Of a stretch of DNA of 46,473 nt, positions 9,357 to 17,611 are shown in pieces; positions within the stretch are counted from its first letter, which is position 1, and every line of letters begins with the position of its first letter. This stretch comes from Fidelibacterota bacterium. GTDB taxonomy: Bacteria; Fidelibacterota; UBA2242. A model generated the notes under the pieces. It was given only the letters and a program-made list of their open reading frames with translations. It was not told the origin of the DNA and did not search any database. The stretch lies in contig JAUVYH010000002.1 in the NCBI GenBank assembly GCA_030603165.1, positions 1-46,473 on the forward strand, read 5' to 3'. The position numbers and the translations under genes were made by a program.

Positions 9357-12300
9357 ATGGATAAACAACAAGCGCAAACAATCATCAAAACAACGTTTGA
9401 AAATCCTTTTGATAAGGACAGGTTTACCGGTTTTGCAAAAAATCTTCTTAATCAAATTGACGATTCTCACTTTGCATATTATGGTAAATTTATACCGGAC
9501 GCCTATAAACCATTTATTAGCAGATATGAACGGATTGGTAAATATAGTGATAGTGAAAACCGAATTGATATTCTTGTTGTTTATCTAAATAAGGAAACAT
9601 CAATTGAGCGCGCCCGAACCAGACAGCGAAATTTTATTGCAGGTTACCTTGAAGGTAAATATGGCAGTGATGTAAGCAAAGATGCCGCTCTCGTGGCGTT
9701 TGTTTCTCCGAACGAAGAGGACTGGCGCTTTTCTCTTGTCAAAATGGATTACAAGTTCGAACAAACCGAATCTGGAAAAATGAAGGTAAAAGAGGAATTT
9801 ACTCCTGCCAGACGCTGGTCATTTCTGGTCGGTAAAAACGAATCCAGCCATACAGCCCAGAGCCGGCTGGTTCCAATCCTTACAGACGACCGGCACAACC
9901 CTACCCTTGCTCAACTTGAAGAAGCCTTTAACATTGAAAAAGTTACCAAAGAATTCTTTGAAAAATACCGCGAGCTCTTTTTGCGGACAAAAGAAACACT
10001 TGATGAAATCGTTACACAAGACTCAAAAATCAAAGCCGATTTCGAAATCAAAGGCGTTGACGCCGTTAATTTTGCCAAAAAACTCCTGGGACAGATCGTC
10101 TTTCTCTACTTCCTCCAGAAAAAGGGCTGGTTCGGCGTTGAGCGCGACGCCGAATGGGGAACGGGCACTAAACATTTTTTACGTGAACTCTTTTCCCGAA
10201 GGGATGAATTCCCAAAAGGCGGCAACGACAAACATACTAATTTCTTTAACGATATTTTGGAGCCGCTTTTTTATGAGGCGCTACGGATTGACCGCCGCCA
10301 CGATGACGACTATTACAAATATTTTAACAGCAAAATCCCATTTCTCAATGGCGGACTCTTTGATCCCATAAATAATTACGACTGGGTGCATACCGATATT
10401 CTTCTGCCCAATGAACTGTTTTCCAACAGGACTAAAACCAAAGAAGGCGATACGGGAAACGGCATCCTGGACGTCTTTGACCGCTATAATTTCACCGTCA
10501 AAGAAGACGAGCCGCTGGAAAAGGAAGTCGCGGTTGACCCGGAAATGCTGGGAAAAGTATTTGAAAATCTGTTGGCAGTAAAAGACCGCAAATCCAAAGG
10601 CACATACTACACTCCCCGCGAAATCGTTCACTATATGTGCCAGCAAAGTTTAATAAACTATCTTCATACAGAATTTAATAAAGGCATAACTTCGTATCAA
10701 AAGATTGGCGATACTCAAACAGACGCTTTTGGCAATGAAGTAAAAACAGGTCAGTTTGATTTGATTGCCGAACTCAAATCAAGTCCGCAGATATCAAAAG
10801 AAGACCTTGAAACCCTGATCAAATATGGCGAGCAGGTGAGCGAAAACGAAGCAATTTTTTTAGAAAAAGAACAAAAGATTAAAAAAGGGGAGCAAAAGAC
10901 TACCAGTATAAAAACGAAACTGCCTGACACCATCAGAAAAAACGCCGAACTGATTGATGGTAAACTGGCGGATATTACTGTCTGTGATCCGGCGGTAGGT
11001 TCCGGCGCCTTTCCCGTAGGCATGATGCACGAGATCGTGAAGACCAGAAATGTACTGACGACTTTTCTTAACCCCCCTCCCCTTGATAAGTGGGGAATGA
11101 AAAGTGGGTTAAGAACCATTTACCGGTTTAAGCGAGACTGCATTGAAAAATCGCTCTACGGCGTGGATATCGACCCCGGCGCGGTGGAGATTGCCAAACT
11201 TCGGCTGTGGCTGTCGCTAGTGGTGGACGAGGAAGATATCAAACGAATTAAGCCTTTGCCAAACCTGGATTATAAAATTGTCTGCGGCAATTCGCTATTG
11301 GGAGTTAAAAGGGATTTATTGAACGATTACTTATTTAAAGAATTGGAACAACTAAAACCGCTCTACTTTAATGAAACCAATCCCACCAAAAAACAGGAAT
11401 ACAAACAGCAGATTGATGAACTCATCAGCCGGATAACCGACGGACATAAGGAATTTGATTTTGAAGTCTATTTTTCGGAGGTGTTTCATGAGAAGAAGGG
11501 CTTTGATGTGGTGATTGCCAATCCACCGTACGTAAATATAGAGCGCCTGGATGACAAATTGAAACAGTATATCTTTTTACATTATCAAACCTGTTTAGGG
11601 CGTACTGATATCTATACTGCTTTTATCGAAAATTCTCTTGCCCTAATTAAAGATAGCGGTTTGCTGACGTTTATTATCCCGTATGCATTTACAAACCAGA
11701 AATATGGCACAAAATTGCGCAAGCATTTGATAGACAATTTCTTCATATCTGAAATTCTGGATACAAGCGATTATTTTGTTTTTGAAACAGCAAATGTGAA
11801 AAACATTGTACTCCGTGTTCAGAAAACCAAAAATGAAAGAAACACAACTATAAAAAGAGCTGAATCCGCGGATGATTTTCAGCAATGTAGTTTGTCAACC
11901 TTCTTTTTAGATCAGCAGCAATTTTTAGATTTGAAAGATTATCGTTTCGAGACAAAATATCTATCTGAAGCCCGTTCTATGCGGGGGAAAATATTATTGA
12001 ATACATTACCACTTGAAGATATTTGCTTTGTTGCTTATGGCGCTAGACTTAATCACAAAACCAAAAAGATAGGAAAAGATCATTATATAAGCGAAAGTTA
12101 CAAATCAACCTTCAAGCCATATTTGGAAGGAAAGAATATAGAGCGCTATTATTTTGCTCAATATGGCTGGCTTAGTTATCACCCAAAAGAACACTACAAT
12201 CCAATGTTCGCAGAACTTTTTGAGAATCCGAAACTAGTTACAATCAACGTGGTTAAAGATGAGTTACGTTTTGCCTTTGACAATAAAAACTTTTATAACA

Positions 12301-12728
12301 GCCATACAGTAATCAACTGTGTGAAATGGCACTTTCTGGTAAATGCAAAACATATATCGGTTAAAAGGGGAATTACAAAAAAGCGTATCACAAACAGCAG
12401 TAATTATGATTATAAATATCTTCTGGCAATTTTAAACTCAAAGTTGATGAGTTGGTATTTTATGTGTTTCTTATCAGAAAAACTACATTTCTATCCAAAT
12501 GATGCTAAAAGCATGCCTATTAAGACAATTTCTACTAAGGATCAGAATCCATTTACTAAACTTGTCGATCGCATATTTGTCATCACCAAAGCCGAAGATT
12601 ATCTACAAAACCCGCAAAAACAGGCGCAGGTGAAGGCGCTGGAGCGTGAGATCGACCGGATGGTGTATAAGCTGTATGGACTTACAAAAGACGAAATTGC
12701 CATCATAGAAAATTCAGGAAGGAAATAA
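9357..12728 (+). CDS. large Eco57I/PglX-like N6-adenine DNA methyltransferase with C-terminal target-recognition region (Type IIG/IIL-like architecture)
   Basis: AdoMet motif I VCDPAVGSGAFP. Catalytic motif IV NPPY at 11520-11531 (VIANPPYV). TYYTPREIV lies upstream, as in gamma-class N6A MTases. The C-terminal tail is REIDRMVYKLYGLTKDEIAIIE. 1123 aa. Confidence 0.85.
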   Translation: MDKQQAQTIIKTTFENPFDKDRFTGFAKNLLNQIDDSHFAYYGKFIPDAYKPFISRYERIGKYSDSENRIDILVVYLNKETSIERARTRQRNFIAGYLEGKYGSDVSKDAALVAFVSPNEEDWRFSLVKMDYKFEQTESGKMKVKEEFTPARRWSFLVGKNESSHTAQSRLVPILTDDRHNPTLAQLEEAFNIEKVTKEFFEKYRELFLRTKETLDEIVTQDSKIKADFEIKGVDAVNFAKKLLGQIVFLYFLQKKGWFGVERDAEWGTGTKHFLRELFSRRDEFPKGGNDKHTNFFNDILEPLFYEALRIDRRHDDDYYKYFNSKIPFLNGGLFDPINNYDWVHTDILLPNELFSNRTKTKEGDTGNGILDVFDRYNFTVKEDEPLEKEVAVDPEMLGKVFENLLAVKDRKSKGTYYTPREIVHYMCQQSLINYLHTEFNKGITSYQKIGDTQTDAFGNEVKTGQFDLIAELKSSPQISKEDLETLIKYGEQVSENEAIFLEKEQKIKKGEQKTTSIKTKLPDTIRKNAELIDGKLADITVCDPAVGSGAFPVGMMHEIVKTRNVLTTFLNPPPLDKWGMKSGLRTIYRFKRDCIEKSLYGVDIDPGAVEIAKLRLWLSLVVDEEDIKRIKPLPNLDYKIVCGNSLLGVKRDLLNDYLFKELEQLKPLYFNETNPTKKQEYKQQIDELISRITDGHKEFDFEVYFSEVFHEKKGFDVVIANPPYVNIERLDDKLKQYIFLHYQTCLGRTDIYTAFIENSLALIKDSGLLTFIIPYAFTNQKYGTKLRKHLIDNFFISEILDTSDYFVFETANVKNIVLRVQKTKNERNTTIKRAESADDFQQCSLSTFFLDQQQFLDLKDYRFETKYLSEARSMRGKILLNTLPLEDICFVAYGARLNHKTKKIGKDHYISESYKSTFKPYLEGKNIERYYFAQYGWLSYHPKEHYNPMFAELFENPKLVTINVVKDELRFAFDNKNFYNSHTVINCVKWHFLVNAKHISVKRGITKKRITNSSNYDYKYLLAILNSKLMSWYFMCFLSEKLHFYPNDAKSMPIKTISTKDQNPFTKLVDRIFVITKAEDYLQNPQKQAQVKALEREIDRMVYKLYGLTKDEIAIIENSGRK

Positions 12729-13750
12729 TGAAAAATATAGCAGGAAAAGAATACATTAAATTTTTGAATGAAATCAAATCGCGTATTGTTGCATCACGTA
12801 TTCAGGCAATTAGGTCGGTCAATAAAGAACTCATAAATCTATACTGGGATATTGGTAAACGCATCGTAGAGCGCCAGAAGAAATTTGGTTGGGGTAAGAG
12901 AGTTGTGGAACAATTATCCCGCGACCTTATTAATGAATATGCTAATTCTAAAGGATTTTCCCGGGATAATCTTTGGCGGATGAGAATGTTTTATCTTGAA
13001 TATAAAGAAGAAAAACTGGCACAACTTGTGCCAGAATTACCCTGGGGACATAACATTCTCATTATGCAGAAAGTAAAAAACATGAAAGAGCGGGAATATT
13101 ACATAACATCAGGCATTAAATTCGGCTGGTCAAGGAATGTGCTTCTCAATCAGATAAAAGCCAATGCGTATCTATTGAGCCAAAGAAAGAAAACCCACAA
13201 TTTTCCGAGAGCCCTACCTGTTCATATTGCCGAGCAGGCGGATGAATCCATAAAAAGCGTTTATAGCCTTGATTTTCTTGGCATTACCAAACCGGTATTG
13301 GAGCGGGAGCTTGAAAAACGGCTTGTAGAGAAGATCAAACAGTTTATCCTGGAGCTTGGTTACGGGTTTTCATTTATCGGCAATCAATACCGGCTAACGC
13401 TGGAGAACAACAAATATTTCGTTGATCTTCTTTTTTTCAACCGCAACCTGAAATGCCTCGTGGCAGTTGAGCTTAAGATCGGCAAGTTTGAACCAGAATA
13501 TGCCGGTAAAATGGATTTTTACTTAAATCTATTAGATGAACAAGTGAAGTTGAAAGATGAGAATCCGTCAATAGGCATTATTCTATGCGCAGATAAGGAT
13601 AACATTGTGGTTGAGTATGCCTTACGCAGTGTCAAAAAGCCCGTAGGTGTTGCTGAATACTATCTCACAAAGAAGCTGCCCGAATATTTGGTGGGGAAAC
13701 TTCCTGATGCAAACGCATTGAAATTACCGATACAAAAGGGATTGAAATAA
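12728..13750 (+). CDS. DUF1016 / YhcG-family PD-(D/E)xK nuclease-fold protein
   Basis: NKELINLYWDIGKRI...RNLWRMRMFY...FSFIGNQYRL...YFVDLLFFNRNLKCLVAVELKIGKF (D...ELK core) is characteristic of DUF1016. The start ATG shares one nt with the MTase TAA (TAATG). Confidence 0.8.
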   Translation: MKNIAGKEYIKFLNEIKSRIVASRIQAIRSVNKELINLYWDIGKRIVERQKKFGWGKRVVEQLSRDLINEYANSKGFSRDNLWRMRMFYLEYKEEKLAQLVPELPWGHNILIMQKVKNMKEREYYITSGIKFGWSRNVLLNQIKANAYLLSQRKKTHNFPRALPVHIAEQADESIKSVYSLDFLGITKPVLERELEKRLVEKIKQFILELGYGFSFIGNQYRLTLENNKYFVDLLFFNRNLKCLVAVELKIGKFEPEYAGKMDFYLNLLDEQVKLKDENPSIGIILCADKDNIVVEYALRSVKKPVGVAEYYLTKKLPEYLVGKLPDANALKLPIQKGLK

Positions 13751-13861
13751 AAGATATGGACAGGAGTCAAAGAATATGAACGCCAAATTGACCATCTTGT
13801 TTATAAACTCTACGGTCTGACCAAGGAAGAAATCTGAATCGTAGAGAGCGAGGCAAAATAA
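13751..13861 (+). pseudogene. remnant of a second methyltransferase C-terminal tail
   Basis: My own translation gives KIWTGVKEYERQIDHLVYKLYGLTKEEI*IVESEAK*. It parallels the MTase tail LEREIDRMVYKLYGLTKDEIAIIENSGRK* at 12639-12728. An in-frame TGA replaces the Ala codon. Confidence 0.6.
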
Positions 13862-13864
13862 ATC

Positions 13865-14443
13865 ATGGGAGTAACAGTTCATTACAAAGGCAGAATAAAT
13901 GATCCTGTAAATATTGACAGTCTCATAGATGAGATCAGCGATATTTGCGGGGATATGAAGTGGGAATATACAATAATCGAAAAAGAAGAAAATGATATTG
14001 ATCATCCGCCAATAAAAGGAATCGTTTTTACTATTCATAAAGAGTGTGAAATGGTTGGATTTATTTTCGATAAAAAAGGTCATCTTCGTTCTCCGATAAG
14101 TATCCCGTTTTATGAAGAAAACGATAAGCATCAATTAGTCGTAAGTGTAAAAACCCAGTTCTCTTCTCCGGATATTCATATTGTATTAATTAAACTGCTC
14201 AGATACATTAAGTCCAAATATATAGAAAATTTAGAGGTGACCGATGAAGGTGAATTTTGGGAAACTTCAAATAAAGAGCGCCTTAAATATTTATTTGATT
14301 TCCTGAATGAAAAATTGAATATGATTTGCGATATATTAGAAGGGAATAAAAATAATTTTTCTAAATCCGACAGTCCTGAACAAATTGCCGACAAAATTGA
14401 AGAATTGTTGTCAAAATATATGTCCAACAATAAAAAAGACTAA
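13865..14443 (+). CDS. hypothetical protein (192 aa), no recognisable domain
   Basis: Clean ORF with coding-like composition at the distal edge of the island. I recognise no motif. Confidence 0.5.
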   Translation: MGVTVHYKGRINDPVNIDSLIDEISDICGDMKWEYTIIEKEENDIDHPPIKGIVFTIHKECEMVGFIFDKKGHLRSPISIPFYEENDKHQLVVSVKTQFSSPDIHIVLIKLLRYIKSKYIENLEVTDEGEFWETSNKERLKYLFDFLNEKLNMICDILEGNKNNFSKSDSPEQIADKIEELLSKYMSNNKKD

Positions 14444-14861
14444 CCCATCACATGCACCTTGACATAAGCGCCTTCAATATTCTTTATGTTATCGTACCCA
14501 CCAGCCAGGCGCTTGTGTTAAGTTTTTCCCGGTACTTATCAACAAGAGACAATTACTTAACTCAAGCCGGAATAGCTACCACTCAATTGGTTGCACCTGT
14601 GACCCGGCTTAAGTCAAATGATATTAAGCAACTAATATTTCCATGGAATCCCTGACCGGTTTTCTATTCATCAAAAGAAATTTTCGGGATCGTTGAGGTT
14701 TCTCCTTAAAAACCTTAGATTTTTTATTAAATTTAAGCGATGAATATTTACAGCAAGAGGACCTCATTTGAAAAAACCTGTATTTAAAACAATGCATCTT
14801 CCGAAATCGGCGGTTATTTTACAGGTTGCTGAGGAATTTAAAAAAATCATGGGTGTAGATC

Positions 14862-15818
14862 ATGGAACAGTCGGATAGAAATCAGGTTATTCGCCACGCT
14901 TTTGACGCCGATATAGAGTTAAGTCTTAATAATGTATCTTACCGGGATTATGTCGGCGATTTTTTCTCTCGAATGATGAATGAAGATATCGGCAAAGGCG
15001 ATGCGTCACTGACCCCCGAACAATCTTATGAAACATCTCTGAACACCAGAGTAATTGCCAAATCCTCTGCAATTATTGCCGGACTTGATGAGACCATATT
15101 CTTCTTACTATCACGGAAAGAATTAACCGCTACTTCGCCTTTCAAAAACGGAGACGTCATTGAAGCCGGTAATGTCCTGTTACACATTGAAGGCAAGGCG
15201 GCGGAGATTATTACCGTCGAGCGTACAATTCTTAATATTCTTCAGCGGCTAAGCGGTATTGCAACAGCAACAAGATCATACGTGGAGCGGATTTCAGGTA
15301 CTAATACATTTGTCGTCGGCACCCGCAAAACTCTATGGGGATTGCTTGACAAACGCGCCATTCAATGCGGCGGAGGACTGACTCACCGATTAGGGCTTCA
15401 CGATGCGGCAATGCTGAAGGAAAACCACCTGGCGATTCTGCGAAAGTCGAAAAATCCCGATAGTCTGAAACTGGCGGTTACGGAAATGATCTCAGCCTAT
15501 CCTTATCTGCGCTTTATCGAAATTGAAGTGACAAATACGGATGAATACCGCGAGATGTTAGGCTATATGAAGAATATCACGGCTCCGTTCCCTTTTGTCA
15601 TCATGTTTGATCATTTTGCACCGGAAGACATTCCCGCACTGATTGCCGAAGCTAAAGCAAAAAAACTCTACAATCATATCCTGTTTGAAGCATCGGGAAA
15701 TATATCTATTGAAACCATCCGGGATTATGCCGAAAGCGGTGTGGATGTTATTTCAATAGGCGCCCTGACTCATTCCGTAACGAGCGCTGATTTCAGTTTG
15801 TTATTCGATTCTATCTAA
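14862..15818 (+). CDS. nadC: nicotinate-nucleotide diphosphorylase (quinolinate phosphoribosyltransferase)
   Basis: ERTILNILQRLSGIATATRSYV...GTRKTLWGLLDKRAIQCGGGLTHRLGLHDAAMLKENH...ASGNIS...ISIGALTHS are the typical NadC blocks. Confidence 0.88.
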   Translation: MEQSDRNQVIRHAFDADIELSLNNVSYRDYVGDFFSRMMNEDIGKGDASLTPEQSYETSLNTRVIAKSSAIIAGLDETIFFLLSRKELTATSPFKNGDVIEAGNVLLHIEGKAAEIITVERTILNILQRLSGIATATRSYVERISGTNTFVVGTRKTLWGLLDKRAIQCGGGLTHRLGLHDAAMLKENHLAILRKSKNPDSLKLAVTEMISAYPYLRFIEIEVTNTDEYREMLGYMKNITAPFPFVIMFDHFAPEDIPALIAEAKAKKLYNHILFEASGNISIETIRDYAESGVDVISIGALTHSVTSADFSLLFDSI

Positions 15819-15910
15819 CCTGAATTATTCATAGCCACTAAGATACCAAGAAAGTGATGTTTGATGGAATCGTCCCAAAGGGATCTCTTTGAGATAAAAA
15901 GACCCAAAGC

Positions 15911-16200
15911 TGTCATCTGAAAGAGGAACCCCGATTTATCGGGGAAGAATCCCTAACCTGGATAAACCAGAATGTCAAATTTCAAATCTCAAATGTCAAA
16001 CAAATCCCAAATCTCAATGTCTAATGTTCAAAACCAACTCATACGTTGAAACGTGTTTTTACCGTCGAGAACTCCAAATATTCTCCCGACGCGTCGGGAC
16101 AAGAAATTGACTTGTAAGATACTAATGACCAATGCGATTTTTCTTTAGCAATCGAATTAGTTATGGAGATTCTTCATTCACTTAGTTCTTCCAGATGACA
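15911..16200. repeat. ~290-bp intergenic element bounded by nested inverted repeats (MITE-like or structured RNA), unclassified
   Basis: TGTCATCTGAAAGA (15911-15924) versus the reverse complement of TCTTCCAGATGACA (16187-16200), 13 of 14 matching. An inner pair is GAAGAATC at 15945-15952 versus GATTCTTC at 16168-16175. The interior holds the hairpins CCCCGATTTATCGGGG and TCCCGACGCGTCGGGA and a TCAAAT-rich low-complexity run. Confidence 0.3.
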
Positions 16201-16276
16201 CATATAATTGCTTTCTGAGATTTGTTGGATGGTACTAACGTCACAATAAAATATCAGCCAAATAAATTCAGTTTAA

Positions 16277-16388
16277 GATAATTTGTTATTAAGCACACCT
16301 ATATATCAGATAATTTGTTAATGAGACACGCTTATAATTAGGATAATTTGTTATTGACAATCACGGTTTTATGGTATAATTTGCTATT
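16277..16388 (+). repeat. four direct repeats with a conserved 14-bp core (GATAATTTGTTAWT) at 32-33 bp spacing, iteron/operator-like
   Basis: Cores start at 16277, 16309, 16342 and 16374 (the last is degenerate: GTATAATTTGCTATT). The spacing is about three helical turns. The array ends at the ATG of the DUF4143 ATPase gene. Confidence 0.7.
16354..16380 (+). promoter_or_regulatory. sigma70-like promoter (TTGACA-15 nt-TATAAT) abutting the start codon, suggesting a leaderless or near-leaderless mRNA
   Basis: TTGACA at 16354-16359 and TATAAT at 16375-16380. The ATG at 16389 is 8 nt after the -10, and no Shine-Dalgarno is visible. The 15-nt spacer is shorter than optimal. Confidence 0.4.
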
Positions 16389-17570
16389 ATGAAAAAGCGC
16401 CTTTTATTTAATAAATTAAAAAACCATCTCAAGAAAAAACAAATCAGCCTTATTGTTGGAGCCAGGCAAACCGGAAAAACTACGCTTATGCAACAATTAA
16501 TGAAAGAGTTGAAAAAGGATCGAAATCAGATTTTCTTTCTTACTCTTGAGGATCCCGATATTTTAAAAGTACTTAATGAACATCCGGCTAAGTTGTTTCT
16601 GGTAATTCCGCCTATTGATCGTACCAGACAAACGATTATTTTTATTGATGAGATTCAATATCTTGACATTCCTTCTAATTTTTTAAAATATCATTACGAC
16701 AAATACCATGATAAAATCAAATTTATTGTCAGTGGTTCCTCAAGTTTTTATATAGATAAAAAATTTACGGACTCTCTGGCCGGCAGAAAACGATTATTCA
16801 AACTACCGACCTTAAGTTTTGAAGAAATGCTTATTTTTAAAGATAGAACAGAATTAACGCCTTTCATAAATAAAAAAATTCCACCAATCTTCAGAGATGA
16901 AATATACACTCTCTTACAGGAATATATCATTTTTGGCGGATATCCTGAAGTCATTTTGGAACCCGATATTGAAGAGAAAAAACATATATTAGCAGAAATT
17001 GCGAACTCTTACGTAAAGAAAGACGCCCTTGAATCTAATCTAAAACATCCAAATGCGTATTTGACTCTACTTCAAATATATTCCGAAAGAGTCGGCGGCA
17101 TCGTCAGTTATAATAATATAGCGGGTGATTTCAGCATGAATCATCTTACGATTAATGCCTATACTGAACTGATGCAGAAATCTTTTCACATTAGTCTTAT
17201 AAAGCCATTTTACCGTAAGTTGAGTAAAGAGCTGAGAAAATCACCGAAAGTCTATTTTAACGACCTCGGTTTAAGAAATCATTTTTTGCGTAATTTCAAC
17301 GCCCTTTTTTTTAGAGAAGACAGGGGTAATCTATTTGAAAATTACATCTTTCGTAGATTACTAGACAAATATGACGAAATGGATATTAAATACTGGCGAA
17401 CTCAAAATAAACACGAGGTAGATTTTATCATTCAAAACCAGAAAGCCTATGAAACAAAATTTTCCCAAGAACAATTTTATCCTTATAAATATCATTATTT
17501 TACAGATAAATACCCTGATATTCCCCTGAATCTGATACACTATGAAAATGCGCTGGAAACAGACTTGTAA
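16389..17570 (+). CDS. AAA-family ATPase with DUF4143 C-terminal domain (COG1373-type)
   Basis: Walker A GARQTGKTTL and Walker B IIFIDEIQY. The C-terminal WRTQNKHEVDFI block is typical of the DUF4143 nuclease-fold-like tail. Confidence 0.75.
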   Translation: MKKRLLFNKLKNHLKKKQISLIVGARQTGKTTLMQQLMKELKKDRNQIFFLTLEDPDILKVLNEHPAKLFLVIPPIDRTRQTIIFIDEIQYLDIPSNFLKYHYDKYHDKIKFIVSGSSSFYIDKKFTDSLAGRKRLFKLPTLSFEEMLIFKDRTELTPFINKKIPPIFRDEIYTLLQEYIIFGGYPEVILEPDIEEKKHILAEIANSYVKKDALESNLKHPNAYLTLLQIYSERVGGIVSYNNIAGDFSMNHLTINAYTELMQKSFHISLIKPFYRKLSKELRKSPKVYFNDLGLRNHFLRNFNALFFREDRGNLFENYIFRRLLDKYDEMDIKYWRTQNKHEVDFIIQNQKAYETKFSQEQFYPYKYHYFTDKYPDIPLNLIHYENALETDL

Positions 17571-17611
17571 TATGCATATAAACAGTAAATAAATTATGAC
17601 AGAGTGAAATT

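Noticed and set aside
9235-9588. 117-aa ORF overlapping the start of the methyltransferase
   Set aside because: Its 5' part is word-repeat tail-like sequence. Its 3' part is an out-of-frame read of the well-supported MTase CDS, and it has no RBS.
9819-11119. Several 66-154-aa ORFs on both strands inside the MTase gene (9819-10019, 9907-10371, 10281-10646, 10751-11119). Similar shadow ORFs occur inside the helicase, AlbA_2, SelD and transporter genes.
   Set aside because: These are shadow or antisense ORFs within long, motif-supported CDSs. None has a recognisable motif.
14452-14655. 67-aa ORF in the spacer after the island. I also scanned the reverse strand for integrase or att remnants.
   Set aside because: The composition is not coding-like, and my hand translation of the three reverse-strand frames showed nothing recognisable.
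16277-16388. Bacteroidetes-type -7 promoter motif (TAnnTTTG) within each repeat core
   Set aside because: The cores read TAATTTG, which is one nucleotide short of the TAnnTTTG spacing. I therefore do not call them Bacteroidetes-type promoters and keep the sigma70-like reading as tentative.
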